Below, one piece after another: positions 9,781 to 18,516 of a stretch of DNA of 64,000 bases. The position numbers and the translations under genes were made by a program. Numbering within the stretch: position 1 is the first letter of the stretch; every line of letters starts with the position of its first letter. The DNA is from an uncultured Chitinophagaceae bacterium (GTDB lineage Bacteria; Bacteroidota; Bacteroidia; Chitinophagales; Chitinophagaceae), in the NCBI GenBank assembly GCA_937919945.1, contig CALESY010000119.1, positions 25,768-89,767 of the forward strand, read 5' to 3'. The notes under the pieces are model-generated. The model was not told where the DNA came from and did not search any database. It saw only the letters and a program-made list of their open reading frames with translations.

Positions 9781-11659
9781 TGTTAAGATAAATACGGCAC
9801 CACCACTCAAAACTCAGGAACGACCAAAGTAACAAACGATGATTAATCTTCTTTTCTGTGTGTTCTTTTATAATAAACTCAATGTATGCCGGGTTAATAA
9901 AATCCGCGCTCACTGTTTTCTTGCCTAATAAAAGGTCTTTAATATATTGTGCATTCTCTCCACGATACCAGCTCTCGTCTGGTGCTGAGAATCCTTGTTT
10001 TTTTCTATTTATTATTTTTTCGGGTAAGAAGCTCATCATGGCTTTACGCAATACGTTCTTACCATCATCATACTCTTTATAAGCGCGCTTTTTCTCATTC
10101 AGGGTATCGTTCTCATTAACACGCTTCATCATCTCCAAATTTCCTAACTTATGCTTAACGGGAATTTTCATAGCCATATCCACAAGGTCGTTATCCATAA
10201 ATGGAAAACGTTCTTCCAAACCGTTTGCCATAGACAGTTTATCGCCGACTAATAACAATCCGGGTAAAAAAGTTTTTATCTCGAAATACAAACTGTTTTC
10301 TATATGGTGTTCCGGAGTATCGTATTGCAGCTTATCGTTAAAAGTAAACACACGCTCAAAAACAGTACGTGGCTCTGCAATATCTATTTTGTTGTATGTA
10401 TTAGCAGTAAACAATTTTTGTTTATCACCATCGGGTACTAAGCGTTGCCAGAAACTGTAATAATTATCAAAAAACGCTTTCTGGTCAAGCGATTGATATA
10501 CACTATAATATCGCCAAGGATAGCCTCCGAACAATTCGTCCCCACCGGTACCCTGCAGACATACTTTTACAAACTTGGATGCAAGACGGCTGATGTAATA
10601 ATTTGGATAACACATACCTACCCGCAAATCTTCCAGATGGTATATCACCCTAGGCAAAGACCAACTTAAATCACCCGCATTTATTACCTGCTCATAATGC
10701 TCTGTCTTAAAATAGTTCGCCATCAACTCTGCATCTCTGCGCTCATCATAGTTGGCTTCTACGCCTGTTACCTCGCTCATGTCAAAGCCTGCCGTAAAGG
10801 TCGTCAACCTTTCTGTATGCGATGCTGCTACTGCCGTTACCGAACCCGAATCCATACCACCACTCAGATAACTGCCAACCGGCACATCCGCTACCATCTG
10901 CCTATGTACAGATGTTTCGAATGCAGACTTTGTAAATTGTATAGCATCTTCAAAACTCATGCTATTATCAGCTTTTGTAAAGTCATAATCCCACCACGAA
11001 TGGTGCTTTACATATGCGCTGTCTGCTTTTATTACTACAGTGTTTGCAGGTGGCAACATGGTTACTCCGTCAAACAATGTATTGTATGAAAATACATTCT
11101 GAAATGAGAAGTACTGGTTAAGTGCTGCGTAGTCAACACCAATTTTATAGTCTGGGTGTGTAATAATGGCTTTTATTTCTGAACCGAAAACTAGTGTCTT
11201 ACCATTGAACCAATAATAAAGTGGCTTTATGCCAAATCTGTCACGGCTCATGTACAGGCATTGTTGTTTTTTATTCCATGCGGCAATGGCAAACATACCA
11301 TTCAATCGCTGAAAAAAGTCAGCGCCATACGCACTCAAGCCTTCAGCTATTACTTCCGTATCTGTTCTTGAAATAAAAGAGTATCCCTGTTGTTGCAACT
11401 CTTCTCTCAGCTCCCTAAAGTTATAGATACAACCATTGAACACAATCACCCACTCATCGTTTTTAGATGCCATGGGTTGTGCACCGAGAGATGATGTATC
11501 AAGTATCGCCAACCTGCGGTGCGCAAGCCCTATTTGTCCGTCAACAAATACGCCATCACTGTCAGGTCCACGATGCGCAAGCACATCGGCCATACGTTGC
11601 ACGTGTTGTTTTGCAACAGTTTCATGGTTCAGATTATATATTCCGGCTATGCCGCACAT
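9764..11659 (-). CDS. asnB: AsnB-like glutamine-dependent amidotransferase (WbpS type, probable uronate amidation)
   Basis: N-terminal MCGIAG nucleophile, HRGPD, FNGCIYN, RDRFGIKPLYY, LSGGMDS, GTGGDELFGGY, RKKQGF. Confidence 0.92.
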   Translation of the reverse strand: MCGIAGIYNLNHETVAKQHVQRMADVLAHRGPDSDGVFVDGQIGLAHRRLAILDTSSLGAQPMASKNDEWVIVFNGCIYNFRELREELQQQGYSFISRTDTEVIAEGLSAYGADFFQRLNGMFAIAAWNKKQQCLYMSRDRFGIKPLYYWFNGKTLVFGSEIKAIITHPDYKIGVDYAALNQYFSFQNVFSYNTLFDGVTMLPPANTVVIKADSAYVKHHSWWDYDFTKADNSMSFEDAIQFTKSAFETSVHRQMVADVPVGSYLSGGMDSGSVTAVAASHTERLTTFTAGFDMSEVTGVEANYDERRDAELMANYFKTEHYEQVINAGDLSWSLPRVIYHLEDLRVGMCYPNYYISRLASKFVKVCLQGTGGDELFGGYPWRYYSVYQSLDQKAFFDNYYSFWQRLVPDGDKQKLFTANTYNKIDIAEPRTVFERVFTFNDKLQYDTPEHHIENSLYFEIKTFLPGLLLVGDKLSMANGLEERFPFMDNDLVDMAMKIPVKHKLGNLEMMKRVNENDTLNEKKRAYKEYDDGKNVLRKAMMSFLPEKIINRKKQGFSAPDESWYRGENAQYIKDLLLGKKTVSADFINPAYIEFIIKEHTEKKINHRLLLWSFLSFEWWCRIYLNNEKVY

Positions 11660-12810
11660 TATTGCAGTCCCTTCAGCAGTGACACGATATACCCATAATC
11701 TTCTGCTGTCATTTTATTGTGTAAAGGAATAGACATTGAGTATTCATTCGATGCATACGCACCAGGATAGTCTTGTGGTTTGATGCCGAATGTATTTGTA
11801 TAATAACCCAGCATGTGTACGGCGTGTGTGCCAGGACGTGTGCTCACTCCCTGCTGTTGCAGGTACTCCATCAGCTCGTTACGGCTAATGGGTGCTTTGC
11901 TTTCGTCTATAAACAACACATATGATTGCCAACCATGTTTATACTTAGCATCGTACACCGGTGTACGTAGCCATTCAATGTCTTTCAGTTGTTCGTTATA
12001 GTAGTTTGCCCATTGTTGCCTTTCATTGATGAAAGTATCCAGCTTTTGTATCTGCACAACGCCCAAAGCTCCTTGCAAGTCTGTCATTCGGTAATTATAA
12101 CCCACCATATCAAACTCCGGCAATATATAAGGGCGCGGACCTTTATGCCTTTGCTCTTCTGATATGGAGGCTCCGTGATTACGCAAGCAATTCAGTTTCT
12201 CCGCCAATAAATCGTCATTCGTTGTCAGCATACCACCCTCGCCTGTTGTTACAGATTTACGCGGATGAAAAGAAAAGCAACCAATATCGCCCAATGCACC
12301 AGCCGCTATACCGTTTAACGCTGCACCTGCCGCACAAGCACCGTCTTCTACTATTTTCAGTTCAGGTGCTATTTCTTTTATCTTATCTACATCTGCACAC
12401 AAGCCAAACAAGTGTACAGGTATAATTGCTTTTGTCTTGGCAGTAATTTTAGAACGAAGCTGTGCGGTATCTATATTAAATGTTACAGGGTCTATATCAA
12501 TAAACATAGGCGTAGCACCGCAATACATCACCGCATTAGCAGTAGATACCCACGTAAAGGCAGGCACTATAACCTCGTCCCCCGCCCCTACACCCAATGC
12601 TACTAATGCAAGGTGCAATGCAGTAGTACAGTTTGATACTGCCAGGGCATGTTTAACACCATGTCTTTCAGCAAACAGTTTTTCAAACTGCGCCACTTTA
12701 GGCCCCTGTGTTATCCATCCGCTGAAGATGGGTTCTTTCAGTGCTTCCCATTCTTCATGCCCCATGCTGGGTAGCGATATGGGTATATTTCTTTTTAGTG
12801 TGTCTGCCAT
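11659..12810 (-). CDS. DegT/DnrJ/EryC1/StrS aminotransferase
   Basis: VPAFTW, PVHLFG, IVEDGAC, SFHPRKSVTTGEGGM with PLP Lys, GYNYRM. Confidence 0.92.
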   Translation of the reverse strand: MADTLKRNIPISLPSMGHEEWEALKEPIFSGWITQGPKVAQFEKLFAERHGVKHALAVSNCTTALHLALVALGVGAGDEVIVPAFTWVSTANAVMYCGATPMFIDIDPVTFNIDTAQLRSKITAKTKAIIPVHLFGLCADVDKIKEIAPELKIVEDGACAAGAALNGIAAGALGDIGCFSFHPRKSVTTGEGGMLTTNDDLLAEKLNCLRNHGASISEEQRHKGPRPYILPEFDMVGYNYRMTDLQGALGVVQIQKLDTFINERQQWANYYNEQLKDIEWLRTPVYDAKYKHGWQSYVLFIDESKAPISRNELMEYLQQQGVSTRPGTHAVHMLGYYTNTFGIKPQDYPGAYASNEYSMSIPLHNKMTAEDYGYIVSLLKGLQ

Positions 12811-12818
12811 GTGTTTGT

Positions 12819-13796
12819 TTATGCAGTTACCAAAACCTTGTCACGCCATTCTATCAACTTCATCAGTCCTTCTTCCAGTGAATATTTATATGTAAAACCA
12901 AGTTCGTTTTCCGCTTTTTCTTTAGAGCCTATCCTGTTTTGTACCAGTGCGCGCGCATCGTCTGCACTATATGGTTTGTATATCACTTCCAGATTCGATT
13001 CTTTCAGTTTCAATATTGTATCGCATAGCTGTCTGATGGTTGTCTGTACTTCTGTACCTACATTATAGAAACCATATTCCACATCGCTCAATACAGCCTG
13101 TACGTTGCACCTCGCCACATCTTCCACATAAATAAAGTCATACGCCTGAGAACCATCACCGTTGATGGTTGGCTGTTCATTCGCATCTATTTTATTCAGC
13201 ATGATGGGCACTACACCGCTGTATACAGCGTGCTGGTCTTGCCCGGGTCCATACACATTCATATAACGCAAGCCTACAACTTTCAAACCATACCTGTCAT
13301 TGAAAGCAGTACACATTGCCTCCCCCGATATTTTGGTAGCACCGTAAAAATTCTTGTTGTTAAACGGATGGCTTTCTGTCATAGGCACTTCCACCGCATC
13401 TCCATATACAGATGCGGAAGATGAATACACCAATTTCTTCACTTTATGTTTTACGCAGGCTTCCAGTACATTGAATGTGCCACCCACATTTACGTCAAAC
13501 GCCGTGCGCGGAAAATCTTTACAATGCAACAACCACATTGCCGCCAGATGAAAAACATAATCCACACCTTCCATCGCTTTGTCTAATATATCCAACTCAC
13601 GTATATCGCCACCAAACGGATAGACTGTGCAGCGAGGGTCTTGCAGGCAATCATTAATGTTCTCGTATTTACCACGTGTAAAGTTGTCATATATAATTAC
13701 TTCTTTCACATCGTGTTTCAGCAACTCTCTTACCACAAAGCCGCCTATAAAGCCTGCTCCGCCAATGACTAATACTTTTGAATCTGTCAGTTTCAT
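12819..13796 (-). CDS. NAD-dependent epimerase/dehydratase (extended SDR)
   Basis: GGAGFIG, YSSSASVYG, YGATK, LRYMNVYGP. Confidence 0.9.
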   Translation of the reverse strand: MKLTDSKVLVIGGAGFIGGFVVRELLKHDVKEVIIYDNFTRGKYENINDCLQDPRCTVYPFGGDIRELDILDKAMEGVDYVFHLAAMWLLHCKDFPRTAFDVNVGGTFNVLEACVKHKVKKLVYSSSASVYGDAVEVPMTESHPFNNKNFYGATKISGEAMCTAFNDRYGLKVVGLRYMNVYGPGQDQHAVYSGVVPIMLNKIDANEQPTINGDGSQAYDFIYVEDVARCNVQAVLSDVEYGFYNVGTEVQTTIRQLCDTILKLKESNLEVIYKPYSADDARALVQNRIGSKEKAENELGFTYKYSLEEGLMKLIEWRDKVLVTA

Positions 13797-13801
13797 ACTA
13801 T

Positions 13802-14293
13802 TTACTTTGCGCTTGTTATAGACTGTACGGGTATTTGTGCTTTCATACTAAAGCCTAATGCTTTAATATGTATCACAGCCATATTGCCACGCACCTGTAT
13901 CAGTTCTCCTTTGTTTTCTTTAAATGGCCCTTCCTTCACTTCCACTACTTCGCCGGGCTTATACTCAACAGTTATTTCCGCATTTTTATAATTCTCTAAA
14001 AAGTCTTTAATAGCCTGTATCTCTGCTTCTCTGACAACACCCGGCTTACCTACCCACCACAAAAAACGTACTGCACCTGCCGTCATCAACACTTTTACAT
14101 TTTCTTCCTTGTAGTCGGTCATGTACACAAATATGTACGACTTAAAAACCGGCTCAGCTACTTTTTTCTTTCTGTCGCTCCACTGCCTTATTTCTTCACG
14201 CAACGGGCAATACACTTTTATGCCTTTCTGCTCCAAAAGCTTCGCAAGCTTTTTTTCATTTCTTGGTTTGGTATGTAATACGTACCACGGCAT
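13802..14293 (-). CDS. upxY: UpxY-family transcription antiterminator (NusG/RfaH paralog)
   Basis: WYVLHTKPRNEKK NGN start, PVFKSYIFV, KOW motif GEVVEVKEGPF. Confidence 0.9.
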   Translation of the reverse strand: MPWYVLHTKPRNEKKLAKLLEQKGIKVYCPLREEIRQWSDRKKKVAEPVFKSYIFVYMTDYKEENVKVLMTAGAVRFLWWVGKPGVVREAEIQAIKDFLENYKNAEITVEYKPGEVVEVKEGPFKENKGELIQVRGNMAVIHIKALGFSMKAQIPVQSITSAK

Positions 14294-14302
14294 TCCTAAT
14301 GC

Positions 14303-14845
14303 TTATTTATTCTCCCACAATAGCAGGTATTTTTCTTTGCCTGCTCCGTTCATACTATGCAGATAGCTATTCCACTCCTTACTATCATATGTCAAAAACC
14401 TTACTTTTCTATCTATTAATTTTTCTGCTTTGCTTACCATCTTCACAAGGTATTCTTTGTCTATGTCGCCTACTAATACTAAATCTATTATACCTGAGTC
14501 TTTGCCTTTTGCATAATCGCCTGTTAAATACAACCTTTCTACGTTACCCATCCTGTCTATTACTACTTCTATCACTCTGTCAATCCCTATATATTTCATC
14601 AATATGCTTCGTAAATCGCCAAACAACGGATGCCTGTCATTGGCTTTGTACATTTTTTTATTGCCCCTGCTTTCAGACAATATCATACCTGCATCTTCAA
14701 AGCGGTTCAATTCTACACGTATAGAGTTGGTGCTTTCGTCAAACTCATCCGCTAGGCCACGCAAGTAAGCAGTTGTACCAGGGTTTAAAAACAACCTGAG
14801 CAACAACTTTATCCTTGTACGGGATGATATTAATGTTTCCAGCAT
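14303..14845 (-). CDS. ArsR-like wHTH regulator fused to a degenerate MNT-like nucleotidyltransferase domain
   Basis: N-terminal YLRGLADEFDESTNSIRVELNRFEDAGMI HTH; C-terminal LYLTGDYAKGKDSGIIDLVLVG resembles the FGS-x-DxD motif. Confidence 0.75.
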   Translation of the reverse strand: MLETLISSRTRIKLLLRLFLNPGTTAYLRGLADEFDESTNSIRVELNRFEDAGMILSESRGNKKMYKANDRHPLFGDLRSILMKYIGIDRVIEVVIDRMGNVERLYLTGDYAKGKDSGIIDLVLVGDIDKEYLVKMVSKAEKLIDRKVRFLTYDSKEWNSYLHSMNGAGKEKYLLLWENK

Positions 14846-14887
14846 ACCTAAGCGATACTATCTAAAGAACTTAGCCTGTAATGGCAT

Positions 14888-14896
14888 GGCTTCGCC
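14888..14896 (-). promoter_or_regulatory. Candidate ops-like mini-hairpin GGCGAAGCC in the leader of the wHTH-upxY operon
   Basis: GGC-GAA-GCC lies in the putative 5' leader; role inferred from UpxY needing a leader loading site. Confidence 0.35.
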
Positions 14897-14925
14897 GTTG
14901 TCAGCCACAAGCTCAACACAAGAAC

Positions 14926-14942
14926 GAGTAATAAAGTTACTC
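14926..14942 (-). promoter_or_regulatory. Palindromic operator GAGTAA-N5-TTACTC overlapping a -7-like box (TAACTTTA, 14932-14939)
   Basis: Perfect 6-5-6 inverted repeat; a TTG lies 19 nt upstream of the -7-like box on the minus strand. Confidence 0.55.
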
Positions 14943-14999
14943 ATTCCCGCATAAAACACAAGCCTCTCTGCACGTTTTTTCATTGTTTGTTAATCTGCA

Positions 15000-16058
15000 T
15001 TAAGCCAAGTTGATGTATTTAACATCTTCCTGTGCTTTCAGGTAGTCTTCAGGTTTGCCGATGTCCAACCAATAACCGAGTATCGGGAATGAAACTATAG
15101 ACTTACCATATTTTATTAGGCTGTCCATTAGGTCTGTTACATTATAAAACTCATTATCAGGCACTAAATTCAGCAACTCTCTTTTGATGATATAGATACC
15201 CGCATTGGAATAATAGGTGTATCGTGGTTTTTCTTTCAGTGAGTTCACAAAATTGTTACTGCTTACTTCCAGCACGCCATACGGAATATCTACCTGATAG
15301 CCTGTTGTAGCCACCGCCATGTCTGCACCACTGTTTTTAAAAGCGTTGTAAAATGCTTCATAATCTATCGTTGTCAGCAGGTCTGAGTTCATGACCAATA
15401 TATGATCGTGCGATAAATGCCCGCACAGTTTCACCGAACCCATCGTACCCATCGGCTTGTCTTCAAATACATATTTTACAGACATGCCCTTGTTGCTGCC
15501 ATCGCCAAAATAGCTGATGATGCTATCTGCCAGATAATTGACACTGATACAGATATTTTTAATACCGAACTTTTTAAGCCTGTCAATATTATGCTCCAGT
15601 ATGGGCTTGTCGCCTACAGGCAGCATGGGCTTTGGTGTATGCTCTGTAAGCGGCATGAGCCTTTGTCCACGCCCGCCAGCCATTATCACCACATCTACTG
15701 GCAATATAGTTTGTACTTGCGTCAGGTTCAGCACACCTACTATCTTCATTGTCCTGTCAACAATGGGTATGACAAGAAAATTCCTTGCGCGTAACGTTGT
15801 TATATCCGTTTGGTAAAGCTCATCTTGGTAGATGAATAACGGATTAGGCTGTACATAATCTGCTATAGTATGATTGATAATGGTTAGCCCATTGATGAAA
15901 CCTCTACGTAAGTCGCCGTCAGTCAGTGAGCCCATGAGTTTCATGTTTTCATCTGCGACAATCAGTATCGGGTCCAGTTTCAGATCTTCCAATTTAATGA
16001 AAGCATCTCTTACTGATTGATGGCCAAAGATGACGTGCCTTTCAATGTTGCGTGTCAT
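15000..16058 (-). CDS. CBS-domain sugar-phosphate nucleotidyltransferase (PtmE-like)
   Basis: N-terminal CBS pair (GSLTDGDLRR), MAGGRGQRLMPLT..PKPML, YWLDIG; start moved to ATG 16058. Confidence 0.88.
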   Translation of the reverse strand: MTRNIERHVIFGHQSVRDAFIKLEDLKLDPILIVADENMKLMGSLTDGDLRRGFINGLTIINHTIADYVQPNPLFIYQDELYQTDITTLRARNFLVIPIVDRTMKIVGVLNLTQVQTILPVDVVIMAGGRGQRLMPLTEHTPKPMLPVGDKPILEHNIDRLKKFGIKNICISVNYLADSIISYFGDGSNKGMSVKYVFEDKPMGTMGSVKLCGHLSHDHILVMNSDLLTTIDYEAFYNAFKNSGADMAVATTGYQVDIPYGVLEVSSNNFVNSLKEKPRYTYYSNAGIYIIKRELLNLVPDNEFYNVTDLMDSLIKYGKSIVSFPILGYWLDIGKPEDYLKAQEDVKYINLA

Positions 16059-16273
16059 TGTGTGTGTATTTATTTTTTGTCTTGTATACAATGGTTGTGC
16101 AGAACACAACCACAATAAGTCTGTATCAAAATCTTTGTGTATTTGATACAGTGTGTGTTTGCATTAAAGATAGTACCGGGTGGTACCTGCAACAAAATTT
16201 TCAGAAAGGAATAACAAGCAATAAACAATGTGATAACAAAACGTTTACAAGCCTTACCTGTAAACATTTTGCG
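16059..16273 (-). other. Intergenic region with four tandem hairpins
   Basis: Stems at 16092-16112 (8 bp), 16121-16151 (10 bp), 16173-16186 (5 bp) and 16237-16271 (13 bp with one G.U on the minus strand). Confidence 0.6.
16223..16249. repeat. 27-bp direct repeat, copy 1 (AAACAATGTGATAACAAAACGTTTACA)
   Basis: Identical to 18490-18516 by base-by-base comparison. Confidence 0.9.
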
Positions 16274-17416
16274 TTAAGGCCTGTAGCTACTGGGTATATT
16301 CACTACCCTGTCTTCCAGCCACAATGCATTATCCAATAGGCCACACTGAGAATGCTGATACATGGGCAGTTTATTCATCAGCTTCCATATAGGGCGTGTC
16401 ATTACTTTACTGTCGTTGGTAGCTTGCAGAAAAGCATCGCGCGCTGAAAGATCTTTTAGTATTATAGTATTGAGCCAGTAGTTTGCCTTACCATCTACGG
16501 CTTCAGTTACAAATTGTATATCCGTATCTGCGAAATGGCTTTTGTAAATGCCTGCCAGTTCACGTTTATTATCCAATATTGTTGGTAATTGCTCTAATTG
16601 CGCGCACGCTACAGCTGCATTGAGATTAGGCATACGGTAATTATAGCCTACCTCATCATGTACAAACTCATACGGGTGGGGTATCTTGGCAGTGGTAGAT
16701 AAATGTTTGGCATATTGTGCCAGCTTTTCATTATTGGTAATGATGGCACCACCACCACCACACGTTACCGTTTTATTACCGTTAAAGCTGAAAGCAGCTA
16801 CTAAACCAAAGTTGCCTGTATGCCTACCTTTATAGTATGTACCTAAAGACTCCGCTGCATCTTCTACAAGTGCTATATGATAGCGGTCGCATATTGCCGC
16901 TATCTCGTCTATTCTGCAAGGAAAGCCGAACGTATGCATAGGCACACATGCAGCAATACGCCTGCCTGTTGTTTTGTTGAAGCATATGCCATCTTTTATA
17001 GCGGCATTTGCAGTCAAAAAATCTTCCAGTGCTTTCGGCGATAAACCCATCGTGTCTTTATCAACATCTACAAAAACAGGTATGCCTTGTGCATGAGTAA
17101 TAGCATTTGCTGTAGCAACAAACGTAAGCGGCTGTGTTATCACTTCTTCATCCCGCTGCACACCTGCTACAATCAGTGCCAAGTGCAAAGCAGTAGTACC
17201 ATTGGTAGTGGCTATGGCATACTTAGCACCCGTTATCTCCTGCATCATTTCTTCAAAGCGATTTACATATGCGCCTACTGAAGAAACAAATGTAGAGTCA
17301 ATCGTATCGAGCAAATACTTTTTTTCATTGCCTCCGAAATACGGTGCGTGCAATGGAACAAAAGCTTCCGGCTCTTTGAAAACGCCTCTAATAAACTGAA
17401 TAGTATCGTTATACAT
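16274..17416 (-). CDS. legC: LegC-family aminotransferase (DegT superfamily)
   Basis: FVPLHAPYFGGNE, STFVSSVG, VPMHTFG, SFNGNKTVTCGGGG, GYNYRMPN, RPIW. Confidence 0.88.
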   Translation of the reverse strand: MYNDTIQFIRGVFKEPEAFVPLHAPYFGGNEKKYLLDTIDSTFVSSVGAYVNRFEEMMQEITGAKYAIATTNGTTALHLALIVAGVQRDEEVITQPLTFVATANAITHAQGIPVFVDVDKDTMGLSPKALEDFLTANAAIKDGICFNKTTGRRIAACVPMHTFGFPCRIDEIAAICDRYHIALVEDAAESLGTYYKGRHTGNFGLVAAFSFNGNKTVTCGGGGAIITNNEKLAQYAKHLSTTAKIPHPYEFVHDEVGYNYRMPNLNAAVACAQLEQLPTILDNKRELAGIYKSHFADTDIQFVTEAVDGKANYWLNTIILKDLSARDAFLQATNDSKVMTRPIWKLMNKLPMYQHSQCGLLDNALWLEDRVVNIPSSYRP

Positions 17417-18386
17417 TCTTGTATTTGTTATCGTCAGGATTTAAGATAAAACCGTCATCAAGCACTTTCTTTATTTGTGCTATACCATCGGGCACTTTGA
17501 ATATGACTTCAAAACCAAGCCTGTTTTTTATCTTATCAAAATTCACCCGATAGTCGCGCGGATCTTCGTTTTTAGATACATATTTTATCTTGGCATCAGG
17601 TATAAACTTCTTCACTTCGTCTACAATCATTTTTTTCTGATAGTTTTCCGATGTGTCACCTACATTGAATACGTCAAAAGAAACCAGATCTGGCGTTGCT
17701 TCAAGAACAGTAACTACAGAACGCGCTAAGTCATAAACGTGGCAGTAGGGCCTCCAGAACTGTTCTCCGAATATCACCAACTCTCTGCCCAAAGCCAGTT
17801 CTTTAGCAAATTCATTCACTGTCAAATCAAAACGTGGGCGTAAAGACAAACCATATACGGTTGAAAAACGCAAACAGGTAGGCTTACAGTTATTGCTTTG
17901 TGGCTGCGAAAGCAGGTATTGCTCGACAGCTACTTTTGTTTCCGCATAGAGCGATACAGGTGCAGTTTCAGACTCTTCTGTTACGTATGCTTCGGGGTCG
18001 CTCATCTTACCATAGTTGCTACAAGTAGATGCAAACACAAATTTTGAAACGCCCATTTCATTGGCTATACTATAAAGCAGTTTACTACCTTCAAGGTTTG
18101 TTGTTTTTGCCAATTCCGGGTGTTTAGCACACGCGGGGTCTCCAACTATAGATGCCAAATGCGCTACACAATCAATGCCATGCATTGCAACACGGACATC
18201 CGCTTCATTACGTATATCTCCTTTCGTAAATTCAAAATTCGGCAGGTTCAGCAGGTCTATGATAGGCTCGCCGCCATACATCAGGTTGTCCATAACCCTT
18301 ACCTGATAGCCCTTATCCAATAACTGTCTTGTGAGTACAGAACCGATATAACCGGCTCCGCCTGTTACCAATATCTTTTTAGACAT
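17409..18386 (-). CDS. NAD-dependent epimerase/dehydratase (extended SDR)
   Basis: TGGAGYIG, FASTCSNYG, YAETK, RPRFDL, QFWRPYCHV, DPRDYRV. Confidence 0.9.
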   Translation of the reverse strand: MSKKILVTGGAGYIGSVLTRQLLDKGYQVRVMDNLMYGGEPIIDLLNLPNFEFTKGDIRNEADVRVAMHGIDCVAHLASIVGDPACAKHPELAKTTNLEGSKLLYSIANEMGVSKFVFASTCSNYGKMSDPEAYVTEESETAPVSLYAETKVAVEQYLLSQPQSNNCKPTCLRFSTVYGLSLRPRFDLTVNEFAKELALGRELVIFGEQFWRPYCHVYDLARSVVTVLEATPDLVSFDVFNVGDTSENYQKKMIVDEVKKFIPDAKIKYVSKNEDPRDYRVNFDKIKNRLGFEVIFKVPDGIAQIKKVLDDGFILNPDDNKYKNV

Positions 18387-18432
18387 AGTACGAATGTGTT
18401 TCTATTTTTTGTAAATATGGTTTTATGCCCAA

Positions 18433-18440
18433 CAAATATA
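18433..18440 (-). promoter_or_regulatory. Bacteroidota housekeeping sigma -7 box (TATATTTG) for the SDR-legC unit
   Basis: Exact TAnnTTTG match 46 nt upstream of the start codon. Confidence 0.6.
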
Positions 18441-18489
18441 ACTTCGGTCGGGTGCTACCAATAATATCAATGTGTCATTAACGCATTAA

Positions 18490-18516
18490 AAACAATGTGA
18501 TAACAAAACGTTTACA
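18490..18516. repeat. 27-bp direct repeat, copy 2
   Basis: Identical to 16223-16249; overlaps the stop codon of the phosphatase gene. Confidence 0.9.

Noticed and set aside
7437-11659. hisH and asnB as histidine and asparagine biosynthesis genes
   Set aside because: They are embedded and translationally coupled within a polysaccharide operon, where such paralogs are known to modify sugars
16059-16158. Short (TG)n runs as phase-variable microsatellites
   Set aside because: Only about 4 units, intergenic, and not positioned in a promoter spacer
16070-16267. 65-aa minus-strand ORF in the legC-NTase spacer
   Set aside because: No recognisable motif; it coincides with the hairpin cluster and the 27-bp repeat, so a non-coding explanation is simpler. 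Not fully excluded
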